NCBI GenBank assembly: GCA_020137815.1
Contig: CM035354.1
Location: 5,642,001 to 5,706,000, forward strand
Origin: Hormiphora californensis
Lineage: Eukaryota; Animalia; Ctenophora
Reading direction: 5' to 3'
Length of the DNA: 64,000 nucleotides
How positions within the stretch are numbered: the first letter of the stretch is position 1; each line of letters starts with the position of its first letter. The translations under genes were made by a program, and so were the position numbers. Of the stretch, positions 23,878 to 38,500 are shown in pieces. The notes below the pieces were generated by a model, which worked only from the letters and a program-made list of their open reading frames with translations, had not been told where the DNA came from and did not search any database.

Positions 23878-26004
23878 GCTCGTTCTCTCTTTCTTTCTCC
23901 TTTCAACTCTCGTTTTCCCTCTTTCTCTGGCTACCTATCATTTCTATATGAGCAACCCAGATTTTCCTGTCACCTGTGTACAACTGCACAGCTGCCACTG
24001 TATACACTCTCCCCTAATTCACCTGAATGTTGGCGAGGGACTAGGCCTGATGACGATCGGCCATTGTGGCCACTCTCTCTTCTGCTGGCATTGCTCTGTC
24101 ATTGTGAAACAATATGGGCGATGAGACTGGGCTATTAGACAAGCGATATGGTATAACTAGATAATGGCCAGGTAGAAACTAAACGCGAACAGACACACTC
24201 CACACACCGGTGTGTACATCTGATGTAGGTACAGCGGGAACTCTGCTCAGGGCACAAAAAAGTCTTCAATGGGTAAGTTTACCCAAAAGAAGACAAAAGC
24301 TTAGTCTGAGGTAAATAGCTCTGGATGAGCTTCCTACAGCAGTCAGTGGTGTATATCACTGCAGGAGCTAGAAGGCTTTGAAACACAATCCACTAATCTT
24401 CGCCTACTGAGGCAGGAATGTTGTTGTTTAGCCATTATACCCACACACACACACACACACACGTCACACACAGAGGACGCAGAGGTGCTAATAAGAAAAA
24501 GTCAGACCGCCATAAATCACGCCCTGGCTTCACCCCCCCCCCCCCCCCCCCCCCCCGCAAACACACATCTGACTTTGAGTAGCTCTCTTTGAAGAAAAAC
24601 AAAAGTCAAAGACAAACGTGAATTAACTGAGCAAGGATAAATTTGTATTCCTACCCAAGAATAACCAAAAACTGCAGAAAGTATAGCTCCAACAAGCTGC
24701 TGACTAGTAAAAGGTAGGTTATGATGTGGATGGTAGATAAGCAGCTGTTAGGTGCTCCCTTCTGGGTGTTTTTCTCTCTCAGCTCTCTATATGCTGAATA
24801 ATTTGCCCCCTCTTTCTCGCGTGGACGAACTCGAAAAGCCTCTCAGGTTACAAACACATAGGTGCAATCGATTTTAGCAGAAATTGATTTTCGCATATAT
24901 GCTTTAATATCAAGTATGTTGGTTTGAAGATGAGATGTAGAACACTGACCAGCTTCACAGTGGATTGGAGGCGAAGTGACGAGTTAGATAGCTTTACGAA
25001 GAAATCCTACTGAGAGTGTTTAGTCTAGTTAGATGAGAAGTGAAGGGAAATATCGAGTGATATACAGGGTATTGGGAGAAGATATATCTTCTTATATATA
25101 ACAAAAAAAGTAGGCTGATGAACTTCTCTTTCATTAATCAGTTACAACAGTAACCTAAGTTGCAAATAACAGACAAGCAAAGCCAATGATAAACTTATGA
25201 TACGTTATTGAACTTCAACATAAATTCAGTGTTGAACAAACATCTTATATTTCTTATTTGTATCAACATACTGGAGTTTTTGTAGCCTGATGAATGATAT
25301 GCGTGGCAGGCGGATATGGCTAAAATGTACACTTCCAAAATGATGCATTTCCCTCATGACTTGGAGCCATGAGGGAATTGTAAACAAAACTTTAGTTAGG
25401 ACGGTCCGTTTGCTATCTCCACCCTTCTCTATCTTTCTCTCTCTCTAGCTCTCTCTCTCTATCTCTCTTACTCTCTATCTCTTACTCAAAATACATATTC
25501 GTAATATTCACTTATATGGTTTAGCACATAACAATCCCTATACATTATGAGGAAAGCGAATCGGTTAGTGTGCATAAAAGATAATATTGTTACATTTAGG
25601 CCCTCGATATACGCTGTAATGATTCTAAATTCTCCGACGTTGATCTTCTCGCCCTCGATTAATCAATCAACACAGTATCAAAACAGTGAATGTGAATAGC
25701 GAAAATACGAGCCTGCCGAGCGGAACGTAAAGATTTGATCCTATACAGACGTGAATAAAGAGAGGCGAGACTGGAGCTACATGTAAGAAATAAAAAGTTG
25801 AGACAGGGAGGGAGGATATACACCAAGAGTGGGATCACAGAGTGTGTTAAATATGACACTGCACTGCTTCTGCCATCTGTCGCTGAATATTTACAAGTAT
25901 GTGTGTACGGAACATAAACGCAATGTTTTAATTTCACCGATTATAATTCCATACAATGTGAGCTAATCTTGACATTTGAAAATCTGTGGGCTGAAAAGTT
26001 AGTA

Positions 26005-26179
26005 CAGTCGGACCCCGATTTAGTGGCCCCCGATTTAGTGGCACCCCGATTTAGTGGCAGGATTTTTTTTCCCGATATAGGAAATTAACATTATTTGACC
26101 CCGATTTAGTGGCACCCCGATTTAGTGGCAGGATTTTTTCCCCCGAGGCCAAGGATGCCACTAAATCAGGGTCCGACTG
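26005..26179. mobile_element. MITE, Tc1/mariner/pogo-type, with an internally reiterated TIR motif
   Basis: TA|CAGTCGGACCCCGATTTAGTGGC...GCCACTAAATCAGGGTCCGACTG|TT. The motif ccccgatttagtggc occurs five times in direct orientation. Confidence 0.85.
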
Positions 26180-27520
26180 TTTATTCGATCACAATACCAG
26201 GCAACAGGTGGAAAAAGAAAATATTACTACAAAAAAAAAGAATTTCAGACACTCTTTAGTCTTTCTCTCATTCCCTCACTCTCTTTCTCTCTGCCTCACT
26301 CCCTCTGCCTATCCCCTCTTTCTCTCTTTCTCCCTCTTACAACTTACTCACTTTACGATTTACCATCATTTCAAAGACATTTGTGGTTTTTAGATTTCTT
26401 TGAGCCATGGTATCATCATCATACGTTACATGTGTTGCTGCTCTATAATGATCAAGGCACTGATAGCTAGAGGGTCGCCTCTAGAGGACAGTATTTAACT
26501 ACCATATATACTCTTTGAGTCAGAATTAAATTGTGAGTAGATGGCTGAGAAAGGAATAATGCAACAAGCCACACTACCCACAACTATACAACTGCATCAT
26601 AGTTATTATATATAATCTAAATCTTTCCAGCAAACATTATAAGAATGAAAAGCTTGTTTACTGAAATTTGAAAATATGAGCCTTTGTTCGACGTTCGTTA
26701 TTGCTAGCGAAAAAAACAACGAAGAATAATGACTGAAAAAATATAGTGCAGGTGTTGAAACTAAACTCCATCTCTCTTTTTTCACCCCTCCCTCTTTTTC
26801 TTTTCATTCCCTCTCTCCCCTCTTTCTTTTTCTCTCCATTCGCTCTTTTTCTCACTATCTTGTTCCACTCTATTACTGTCTAACTCCCTGTTTCTTTCAT
26901 CTCTTTTGATCATTTTCTGTCAGCTTGCTCTTGGAGACAACAGAGATATAATATATACGTGAGTAGTGGACGCTTTCTGAATTTGTTGATTAAGTAGTTC
27001 TCTCACTTTCTCTTTATCCGTCTTTCTCTCATTCTATTTACTCTTTGGATCTCACGTGTGTTTATCATATGTCCCTACTCTTTCATCCAATTTCATTCTC
27101 CGTACAGGCATCGCCGTATCTATCCTTTATACGTTCATTCTCCATCTAATAAACAGCAAGTCTTTCTCCGACAGTGCTGCAGTGTGCACTCAAATCAGGA
27201 CAGTGCACTCAGTAACTGAACAGGTCGGTGCAGCTAGACACTAGACAGCAACAAATAAAGTCTTTGGGTTGTCATTGGAATTGTATGAGTCAGCTTTAGA
27301 ACAGTAAATCGATTGTGACGACAAGTTGTGGAAAACTTAAACGTATAGTAACACTAACGAGAAATGTACGACTGCACTAAATTGAGAGAAAAAAGTGGAA
27401 AATTAACATCTTGTGTTTTGGGACTGTAAAACTAAAATGGGCAATTCAGTTACTTAATAATAGTAGAGTGATATAATATAGAGTCAAGTACATTCCAGCT
27501 GATATAACAGATATTATCTG

Positions 27521-28662
27521 GGGCTCTTCGACGAAACTTTAAGCACACTTAAAAACGTTGCGTAACTCTCCTTTCACACCTTCTAATTGATTTTCACACC
27601 CCTTAAGCATGGTTTGTGTCGACGAAACTTTTTAGGAATCTTGCTTAGTGAAAATTGAGGGGTAGTAAGTGAAGTTTTACACAAGCTCTCCAAACCTTGC
27701 GTAACTCCCTAATCACGTGGTAAAATCACGTGATTTGGGCCAAATTGAAGCGACAATGACGTCATAGTTCACGCAATATCTCACTCAAATATTGAGTAAA
27801 GTGAAGTTTGTTAAGTCTCCTCCAGAGGAGACTTAATGGTAGACAAGACAGCGCTGGCAAGTAAAAGATGCTACAAAACAGTGAATATTTTGCTTCTCGC
27901 ATGTAGAAAGAAGATAAAATGGCACTCCTTGTCCTCTAGTTAGCTATCTCTACTCAACCACAATATTGAGGCACTAGTTTGGGGTTTCAGCCAAGCCCAT
28001 GCTGCATACACCATCTGTATTAGACTCTCACAGATGTGGATGAACTCAGTTGTTTTCCTTCTGGCAGGGCAAGATGAACAGAGAACTACTACTATAATAC
28101 TTTCACTGTTTATCTCTTCATCTAGCAGCCTATCTATTCATACATCTCACCGGGCCTAAATAATATTGCAAGTTATGAGTGTATAGGTTTATTGATTTTT
28201 CATAATGATTAATGAACAATCAATGTTAGATCTCTATTTGTCTGCTATAACATGCATTGTCAGCTACTGTTATAAGAGTACACAGAGCTTTGAAGATTTG
28301 AAATTTCTTGAATCTTGAGAAATGGAAGTCAAACTTCTTCACCCCCAATCTGGTGTGATATCTCGCTAACACTATTGGCTGGTGAACCCAACACGTGACC
28401 AAATTGACGCCTGTGTAAACCCATGTAATGGAAATCCTATCACGTGTCCAGTTTCGATCCCCTGATTGGTTTTCTACACCCATACACGAGGGGTGATCCG
28501 GGGCTTCACGTGGTATACACGTGGTTCACACCAAGGACCTAAAGTGAAGTTTTGGAAAGCGTTCGACGACACCCCTCTCGAGACAAGTCTGAAAAATTTT
28601 CCTTGTGTAACTCTAAAGAGAGCTTATTTATTAAGTGTGCTTAAAGTTTCGTCGAAGAGCCC
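27521..28662. mobile_element. Non-autonomous DNA transposon, 32-bp TIR, CTG TSD (PIF/Harbinger-like)
   Basis: CTG|GGGCTCTTCGACGAAACTTTAAGCACACTTAA...TTAAGTGTGCTTAAAGTTTCGTCGAAGAGCCC|CTG. No transposase ORF. Confidence 0.85.
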
Positions 28663-28999
28663 CTGACCCGGTTACACAACAATATGAAACCACATAGCTG
28701 GGGAAGGGATTGCATGACAACGAGAGAGTGAGTTGGAGAGAGTGAGAGAGAGAGAGAGAGATGTTATTGTTTCCATGGTTACCAGTGAAGATAGAGAACA
28801 CTTTGAATAACACTTATTTTTAATGTTTGGACATCAACTGTGGATGATATTATAAGGCTACAAAAGAAGTATTTCAATAGAATCAACAGTTTTGATTGAT
28901 TTTTATTATATATATGCAGTGGCTCCACTATTAAATGGCTGGCTTAAAGAGTTGAAAGGTAGCAGCCTACCGAGGTATCTCTCTCTCACTCTCTCTCTC

Positions 29000-29063
<64 letters not shown>

Positions 29064-29714
29064 ACTCTCACTCTCTATCTCTCACTCCGAATGAGTACAC
29101 AAGCTCCCCTTGAATGATGTTTTTAACGATATTAAACGCGTTATATGGAGGAATGCATACACGCCCATATGTAGAAAGAACTTTGAAAGACGGGGGAAGT
29201 AATAAAGTGGATGTTGCAAATTTGTCTCAATCCCTTAAAATCTGCCATGGCGTGATTTCTTTCTCCAATTAGTCGGTGCCCTACTACTACTGCACTTGTC
29301 GAATAACTTCCTTTCTCTCCCTTCGAGACGAATGTCGAATAATCCTCCTAATCCTTTCTCTAGGATAAGTAAGAAAGGGAAGTTTCCTGATGCCATGGGA
29401 AGATGAGGAAGAAGGTACAAACGTGTAAACTATGTGATCAAGTTACCGCTAACGACTACTTTTACCATATAATACTAACCATCTATACCCGTCCTCTCCA
29501 CTCTCTTCCCTATAACCAAAAAAATAATATACGGGGATCTCATCAATGTGTTGACCATGATAAATTACTTGTTTTTAGTAAACTATCTTCATTTATTTTA
29601 AACAAACGTTAAAGGAGAAAAAATAATAAAACATGTTGCAACAACAAACAACCTTGCGAAGAAAACGTTTGACTATCAAAAGCAACTAAAGCGCCTCGTT
29701 TTTCACACATATAT

Positions 29715-30841
29715 GGTCGTGTTTCATATTGATTGGTCGTTAAAAATTTTCAAAAATGAGCAAATGTTACGTTTACTCAAAAATGCAGCACTTAATCTAG
29801 TAAAAATCAGTTGATATTCCAACCCTAGTAGTAAAAGTGTCTTTTGATCACTTTTATGTACTTTTAATTGAATTTACTCATAAATTGCGGCTCTAGGGAC
29901 CAACTTTGCTAAAGCTGGCACCAATCAAACAGAGTAAAAAATATTTTCACAATTTTCTGTGTAAAATACATAAAAATGATACATATTTCTTATCCATAGC
30001 TAGGAGTAAGCGAATTACTCATATTGTGCGGTGTAAAAAGTGGTTGAATTGATGGAATTTTTGGAATTGCATTTAACACCCCTCTTTGGTTCCGATTTAT
30101 GAGTAAAGTGATACTAAAATGTTGCAAATAAAGTGAACAACCATATTAGCTAAAGAAAACTACAAAATTTTACTCAAAAGGTGCGGTGCGGCTAAAAATA
30201 GCACAAAACTTTAACTTGCTATAGCACCGCACTAAATGAGTAAACAGATCTGAAAGTGGTTGGATACAGTTCATATGGCCAATATCTAATGTATCTACCA
30301 TGTTTTCAATCTGTTTACTCAAAAATTGCGGCTCTATTGACTGTCGGTTTAAATCAACCATATTTCAGGTCTCGTACCGCACAATATGAGTAACTGAGAG
30401 TACCAGTTATCGCCTTATCATACTCATAATTGTTCAAAGGACATATGTGCAAAAACTTAAACATCAATTTACTCATTTTACACCTTAGGAGTAAGATTTT
30501 CGGTAGAAAATAGCTGTGAGCCGCACAATATGAGTAAATTTTTCTCAAAACCTAGCTAATCCTTTGACGAAAAATTATTTCTAATTATTCCTGAAATTTC
30601 AAAAGTTTAATCACAACTAGCAAACTATGAGAGCCCTGTGCCGCAACTTTGAACCGCACTGATGTTTTAGCCTATATCTCTGAAAGCCGTTGAATAAGAG
30701 TAACCGTTTCTTCACTAAAGTATAGTTCAAAGTATTATGCACTTATTGCAGTATATGAGTAACCAGCCAAGCCTTTTGGTTGATTCGCAATTCTCTTCTG
30801 AAAATTTTTGGTCAAACGACCAATCAATATGAAACACGACC
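29715..30841. mobile_element. Non-autonomous DNA transposon, 27-bp TIR, ATAT flanks
   Basis: ATAT|GGTCGTGTTTCATATTGATTGGTCGTT...AACGACCAATCAATATGAAACACGACC|ATAT. AT-rich interior with repeated TTACTCA/GCGG motifs. Confidence 0.85.
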
Positions 30842-30861
30842 ATATGAATTGAAAACATGAT

Positions 30862-32354
30862 CTATTTGTGTTCATCAGTTTCACTACTGTTGTGAACTAG
30901 GGCCCTTTGCTCAACATCTAGCTTATCATACTCTCCAAGCTGCTGAGTATGCTCCCTTGCCATGTCGACCACCCCGCTTCCCACTGTTGCCAGGACAACG
31001 AGAAGACCCCCAGCAACTGAGAGGAGTGAGAAGGTGTGGGCAAAGATGAGTGTATCAAAGATATAAGCTGCGACTATATCCACGTTGCGTACCAGGGACA
31101 CCAGTGTTGGTTGACCGTGTTGAAGACCAATGTTCAGTAAAAAACTTCCTGTAAATAGAGCGTATGTTTATGGACGTATTCTAGAAAAAAACACAAAATT
31201 TTTTATTGTTGATGTTCGACGGTTCGACCGCTCTTTCTATCACCGCACACGCCAGACGGCAACTCCTCTTCTTTGAACGAAACAAAAAAACTACTGATCT
31301 TTTCTTACCGGCAACAGCAAAAATGCTGACTAGGAGCAACCAGAATGCCTGAGAGAGCGTAGTGGCTGCGAATATGGATGGGTTCACTATAAGTACTGGT
31401 ACACACTGCAATTCCAGCCAGTAGAGTATTCGTTAGGCCAAGGTATACTACTGGCACGACAAAGTGCACTCCTATAAACCTGAAACAGGAATGAGATTGT
31501 TAGCTTGTGTGTCCCACGTCACCAGACTGGGCAACACAGAGAGGACTGATCATGGTTTGTTGGTCATGTGTACAAAAGGTGACATCATGACAAATGACAC
31601 ACAGTCAAATAATGGTAAATTAATGACCTACAACAAGGGGAGACACACAAGTCTTGCAGCTGGCTAACACCAAAATAGAAGTTTGAGGAGAGCTTCACAG
31701 ATACATGACATGTTGGTGTGTGCCATTATCTTACCGAACAAGAACAAAGGTAACTGCTTGGATGGCGGTTGCTATGGTGATAAGGATGTATCCTGAGAGG
31801 TTTCTTGTTTCTTGGGGTTCAGACCGACCGTGCGTTAGCAGTAAAACTCCTACTATACACAACAATCCTAGATATAAAAAGATCGTAGGATTAGTCTCAC
31901 TAAATTGTAGATTATACAATTCTGGAATGATAAACAAACCTGCTATGAGCGTTGGAACGGGAATGCGGTTCCGCAACCATACCCTCTCAAAAAATGCCAC
32001 GAAAAGTGGGCAAGATGAGAGAATGATAGTCGCTTCTCCTAGGGGGATACTTTGGAAGGAATTGTATATTCCGTAGATGGTAAGGAAGCTTAGCACGCCG
32101 AATACTATCAAGAGACAGGTAGCGTGAGGGGTTCGTGTGCTAGTGGGACTAAGTATTGATTGCTTCCAACACATGATATTCAGTGTCACGCCAGTCACTA
32201 ACTGCAACAGAGACCGAGGTAGAATGATTAGGGCCACGGGAACCTCCTCCCCGGTTAACTTTACGAAGAGTGATGCGAAGGCAAAACATAAGCCCGATAG
32301 TCCGGTTAAGATAAGGCCTAACACCCTCTGTTCCGGTTGATTTGCAGGTATCAT
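30862..32354 (-). CDS. EamA/DMT-family transporter (SLC35G-like), multi-exon
   Basis: GLILTGLSGLCFAFASLFVKL, IILPRSLLQL, SFQSIPLGEATIILSSCPLFVAFF, LVSLVRNVDIVAAYIFDTLIF..SVAGGLLVV; several hydrophobic segments. Confidence 0.88.
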
Positions 32355-32661
32355 CTTATAGCTACTGCAATTGGAGTAAGTAATTAATTTGTGTGATCAC
32401 AAAAATCTAGCTTGTTTTGAGGCCGAGTCTCCATGATACAACGAGAGAAGCTGTAGAGCACTTGTTATAGTTGCACACAAAAACAAAAATAGAAATACAA
32501 CTAGACGAAAGAATCACCCTGTCTTGCTCTCCTTTTCTATCGGAACGTTTTCTATACTTTTCTCAAGCCTTATCCCCTCGCTGTCCACATTTAGATAGAC
32601 TGAGAATAAATCTTTCAATGATGCGGTAAGAGGTAACTATATAGTATGTACCCCAAACTGC

Positions 32662-32750
<89 letters not shown>

Positions 32751-33680
32751 TCTTTCCTCTCTTACCCTGTCTCTCTCGCTATATGTATCTCTATCTCCCT
32801 CTCTATCACTTTAACTCACTAATGAGGCCTCTCTGTAAACAAGTTTGTAAATAATTAGGCTCTCCACGAACTATACAAGAAGGAGGAAGTCAGATAGACA
32901 ATAGTTGTGAACTAAACTAGAAAGCAGGAGCATTTTGGCCGTTGAGTGATGTAAACGTAACCACATTGTGGTTAGAATTCGACGGAATTCCAATGATGTT
33001 ATCAGCAACTGGGATGAAACGGATTATATCCTCACAAGGCTCCCCCCTGTTGGTTGTCCCTCCGCTGCCAAACAACTACTTAGCAATTTGTACACTAGCA
33101 CAGTGTATACCTGGTACCAAATACCGATTCTTCTCCACCCATTTCTATAACATCTGTCATAATACCGACTAGCACAATCAAAGGGCGTTCCTCAAGCGAA
33201 GGGGGGCATTAGATAAACCGACCCGCTTTCACTGATATGAAGCTCCGACCCCCGCTACAGCTATATACGTGGTATTGAGTACAATCAACTACTAGTAGCA
33301 TAATCTTGGTCTTCGTAGCAAACTTATAATGCCACTCATCAGGAAAGAGAGAGAGGGAGAGAGAGTGAGAGAGAAAGAGAGTGAGAGAGAGAGAGAGAGA
33401 TAGATGGATGAGTTGACAGTTCAAAGCTATGACACATGTAATTACCTCTGTAGCTCTTAGTTAATAATTGTACTGTCCGGCAGTCTGGTAATAACGCTAC
33501 TTGAACCACCAAACTATACCCCTGACTTCCTGATGAAGATTGTTAGATCTGTAGACCCCTATCCGTTCATTTGTATATTGACACTCATAACAGCCCTTTT
33601 CAATCAAATTTTAATAAAGAAATAACAGAAAGAAAATATTCAAAACAGTATAGTAAGTGTCATTATTGTCCATACTCCAT

Positions 33681-35527
33681 TCATTCAATAAGAGATGTAA
33701 TTTCGTCAGCCCGCTCCAAAGCCTTGACCATCTTGAGGACCTTTTCCCGCCTCTCAGCGTGAAATGCATCTTCAGTCATCAAAGTTTCCGCTTTGTCCGT
33801 TACCAGAAGGGCCTTCATGTGAGCCTTGTGAAGATTTTCATTGAACTCGTTCACCAGGAAACACATGACTGCTTTGGGCACGACATCCATTAACTGCCTC
33901 CGGATGATATTCACGTACTCCTCCACAAAAGCCTTTATTTTGGAGACATGCATGTCTTCCATCTCCCCAACATCTGCCTCATCGCTGTGGTTCCTCTCGA
34001 ATCTCAGGCCGGCTCGCCACAAACAACCTGTGGTTGCTGTTGATGTACGTTTGCTCGCACTTCAGGTAACTTTCAATGAAGTCATCCACGACTTTCACCT
34101 TTTCCAAAAGTAAACAAAGGGATACATGGTGGGACTCACGGAGGAGATTGGGGAAACCGTTTAAAGATTTGCTTTCCAATGCTGGTTGTAATATCTGTCA
34201 CCACCTCCGCACACTTCTTTATGGAGTTCCGGACGGGCAGCTCGAACCTCTTGAGCTGGATTTTCACCATGTTGTCAAAGACTATGTTCGGGGTAAAGAG
34301 GGCCCTCTTGGCTCCCATGGAACTCAGAATCTCCTCCCTTATATCATCTTCGATGGTATCTGGAAGATGGATCTTGTCCAGTTCTTCAAAAATTGCCTTG
34401 CTGAACACGTTTCTCAGGTGATGTCCACCGGATGTCTCCTTTCCCGAAGTGAGCACTATCTTTCTCTTGCCCTCGATGTTCTCACTGAAGTGGGTGGCAA
34501 ACTGGAAGAGCAGTTCAAGAAGTGTCCCCACTTTGTCGTCAACGTCCGGTCCAAGTTCATCCAGGGCTTCCTGTTGTAACACCTTCTGCTCGGTTATACG
34601 ATCCATGAGCTCCGGCAGGCAATCCTTGACGTGCTCCATTAGTATCTTACAGAGACGTTGGGTCAGGAATCGGGTGCCCATAATCGGTGCCAGGTACTGG
34701 TAGTTCATCCGGAAGTATTCCTCCTCCCTGTTTAGAGATTCTTCAATGGTCATTCCATCCTCGAGCTGTGCCTGGGATCGGTTGATAACCCCGACTATTC
34801 CCAGTTTCACATTGATTCTCTTCCCCTCTAGTACCTCTCGTTTCTCCTTTGTTTTCTCCATTAGGTCCACTTTACTGATGACGGCTAGTGTCCTCTTCAT
34901 TTCAGGATCCACTTCCCGAGCCAGCTTGAGGGACTCTGAGTTAGCCAGGTCATCATTTCCCGGACTCACCGCTAGGATGATGGAATTTGGGTTCCTCACA
35001 TACTCCGCTAGGAGGTTCAAAATTTGTGTCTCAATATCGGCGGGTTGGTCCCCCACTGGGTTCTTCGTGATCCCCGGGAGATCCACTATTGTAAGAGAGG
35101 GTAGGTCGGGAGTGTTGATCTTGAGAATTATTGGTTTTGGGTTGATGCCCTTGTCCGTGCCACATTCTCTCTCCGTATCAGCAATTATCTCCTGTTTCAC
35201 CTGTTCGAAGTCCCTGAATATCGTGTTAGCACAGTGGTTGAACACAGCAAACGGTTCCTTAGCCTTCATGTCCTGTGTTATTTGGAGGACAAGAGGTCGC
35301 CGTGTCACAATTCCATCGCCCCTGGGTAGAAAATCCTTCTGGACGATGCTCTCAAGGACGGATGTTTTCCCGGTGCTCTGAGATCCGATGACTACAATCT
35401 GGGGTAATGCCAGCATTCCCTGGGTGTTGCCCACCGTGCTGAACACCTCTTGTAGCCTGTTGATAGTGCCGAGGAAGCCATCCATAGTAAGGCAACGTTG
35501 TTGGATCTCTTTGGGAGTGGTGGCCAT
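33681..35527 (-). CDS. DNM1L: Dynamin-related GTPase (Drp1/Vps1-like), intronless, two frameshifts (error or pseudogene)
   Basis: LPQIVVIGSQSTGKTSVLE (G1), DFLPRGDGIVTRRPLVLQ, VDLPGITK, DLANSESLKLAREVDP, SKVDLM; middle domain ..YINSNH; GED YVNIIRRQLMDVVPKAVMCFLVN. Spread over three frames (shifts near 34152 and 34000). Orthology to DNM1L is tentative. Confidence 0.85.
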
Positions 35528-38500
35528 ATTAATTATTAAACGTAAAAGAAACAAATGTGGTGGCGTTTTATAGGACTGCTGCGTTAAGGCCGGTAAGGGT
35601 GATCTAAGCGAAAACCTGACACTTTTGTGATAAGTAAATCAAATTTTAGTATGTATATCGAGGTGCGTCAGATTGAATAAGCTCCAAAACTACACACTTT
35701 CGCTTTTTGATAGAATAACAAAGTCGAGAAATAACACACAGGTTTATGTACACAGTGGTTTTTAATACCATGGAAGTTCCTAACAAGATTGTTATTCTTC
35801 CTTACAAGATTGATGATGTAATGGTGTACAGAGCTAAATTATGGTGTGTTTCGAGTATATTCGAACCAGGAACTTACCTGGCATTAAAAAGCACCGTGTA
35901 CATAAATTATATGTGCGTTATTTCTCGACTCTGTCACAGGCTGCAGCTTATTATGTGTGCTTGGATATGTTTCATAAATGATAATAGAGGCGCTGACATA
36001 CAAATAAAATAGGGCAGGTATGGAATCATTCTGCTGTAATTACCTTCCCTTCCTTTTCAGAGGAAACGAAAAAAGATTCTAACATTATTCTGTGGATGAA
36101 AAGCAACGCGAGATTGTAATCCCTGCATAAAGGAGCCATCACGTTGACGCCTGCAGCACTGCTCAACCGAAGGTTTGACTGCCTGACCCCCTGACTACAG
36201 CTGCCCTTCCTCTATAATACAATATGTCACTGATAATATAGGAACCAAAATGCATTTCCTCTGTATACAAAAAGAGATGTGTTTTAAATGATAATGCGGT
36301 TACCAGCTGCATGGCTGTGGTGAAACATGGTCTATCGTGCACTGCGTGCATGGTACAACGTCTATGCTTGGCTCCCATCAATTTCCTTAATGATCTCCTT
36401 ATCAGAAGGGCCAAAGAGTGAGATGCAATAGAAATACAGCTGGTGGGATTAGGAATGTGTTGCAGTAGAAAAGTTAAGGTTGCATCATATTGTTCTTGAA
36501 GTGGGCTCCTACAGGTAGTTTTCAGTTCTCTAAGTGCTTGACAAATAGACGGGCCATTAGCCAACATAGTATGTTATATTTCATTTACACAACCCACTTT
36601 CATGGGCCGAATCTCGTCCTGTTGAACACCTTCTCTATAACATGCATGTATGTGATGCATATCAAAATGTCGAGCACAACATATTATATCTGTTGGAGAC
36701 ATTCGTCGGTACTTGAAAGAGGTGAGGGGTTCCTCTCAGTCTTACCTAGCGGAATACTACTTATTTTCATCTTGAATGGCCACATAGTTTATGTTAACAA
36801 ATACTGCCTCTGAAATGCCTCTCTTCCCTTCATCTTGTCCAGGTCCCACGAACTAGTGAACCACATAGCATTACATATTATTATGAGCACTGTCTCAAAT
36901 CACTATGTTGTTAGATAGTTTAGCAGTTGTAATGAAATCTGTTATAAGTTGAGATAGAGGAGAGAGTGAGATAGAGAGAGAGAGAGAGAGAAAAAATATA
37001 ACTAACTTGGTGTGAGGGGGGTTGCCTGGTTGATGACATTTTATTCGAGTGCCTCTATGTCTCTCTTATTTCCCCTCGTACAGAGGCACTATATATAATG
37101 GGCTAGATACCTCTCTTTCTGATTGTTACTGTCAACTCCGATACAGCTTCATTGTTGACACTTAAATCGGATGTTTATATGAACATTACAACTGAGTTTG
37201 TTTCACATATATCAAGGGAAGTTAGGAGAGCATATATCATGAGGCACTGATTCTAACAGTGCAACTCTATCTCTCTCTCCCCCTCCTCTCTCTCTCTCCA
37301 CCATCTCTCCCCCTCTCTCTCCCACTCTTTCTAGTTATCATTATAAAATCATTGCATATTTGTAGGCCCCCTCCAATTTAATTACTCGACCAAAGTTTCA
37401 TTTCATGTTTCACTTATCAGTCGCCAAGTGTGTTATTTCATTCCTTTCGCCCTTCTCTAACCTCTTCTCAGGCCTCAGCATTTTATTGATCCATCAAATA
37501 TTGATTATTGGAGGCCATGGTTGATGGTTCCAATTATCAATATTTGAGTCTTGACATATTTTTGACATATTTCTTTCAATATCATCTATCCCTTGCTTTC
37601 TTATTTCCCCCTGGCCCTATCTAAAAATCAGAGGGACGTGTGTCAAGTAGTCACGTGAATACGAGTCAGAGATAAGAGAATTTATCAATTTGCGTGAGGG
37701 AGGAAGACAGATTGCAATACCTAAGTTATGATGAGAACGTGATATGATTGAAGCAAGTGATTAGAATGAAATTGCAGTTTACTTGATGCTACTTTTAGTT
37801 TCAAGAACCTATATTTCAACACCCCGCTTCACTTCTCTCTTCTACCACTGTGTGATTTGAACTGTCTGCTTTGTACACGTCCTGTAATCTGGAGTGTTTG
37901 TAGTTAGTCAACACATGAACTCGGCAGTTTGATATTCTTTGTTACTGACTTTATAATTCTGACTGCATCTTTGTTTTTAGTCCGACTAACATAACTCCGT
38001 ATCTCAGATCATTTCTATTCCTGGGAATTATTATTAATATTCCCCTTAGCTAAACAAATCATTCTTCCTGTATCCATGTTAGCCGGCGACTAGTCTATCT
38101 CTCTTTACCCGGGCTTTACCCTGAACCCTTGCATATTCACATATGGCCAAAAAGAGATAGAGAGGCAAGTGAAGAGAGAAGATAAAAAGAGGGAGTAACG
38201 AGAGAAATCGATTATGCGGAAGATGAAATAACAAAGAGTAGAAAACAAAAAGAAAAGATCAGAGGGTTTATAGAAAAAAGTGAAATACTGAAACAAATCC
38301 TTTAGCGGCTAGAGAAAGTGATATAGAAAACATACTGCCCCAAATACTGCTAGAACTCCAGAATACATGTTTTCGTTAACACCCGCCTAAAATAAAACTA
38401 AATCTTTATCACCTTTCACTTACCAGGCCATGAACAAGAATGAGAACGTGTGAAAAAGGAGAATCCATTTTGCCATTGGGTAAGTTTTACTTTTTCTTAA

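Noticed and set aside
34076-35381. + strand ORFs of 167 and 211 aa
   Set aside because: Antisense shadows of the dynamin CDS.
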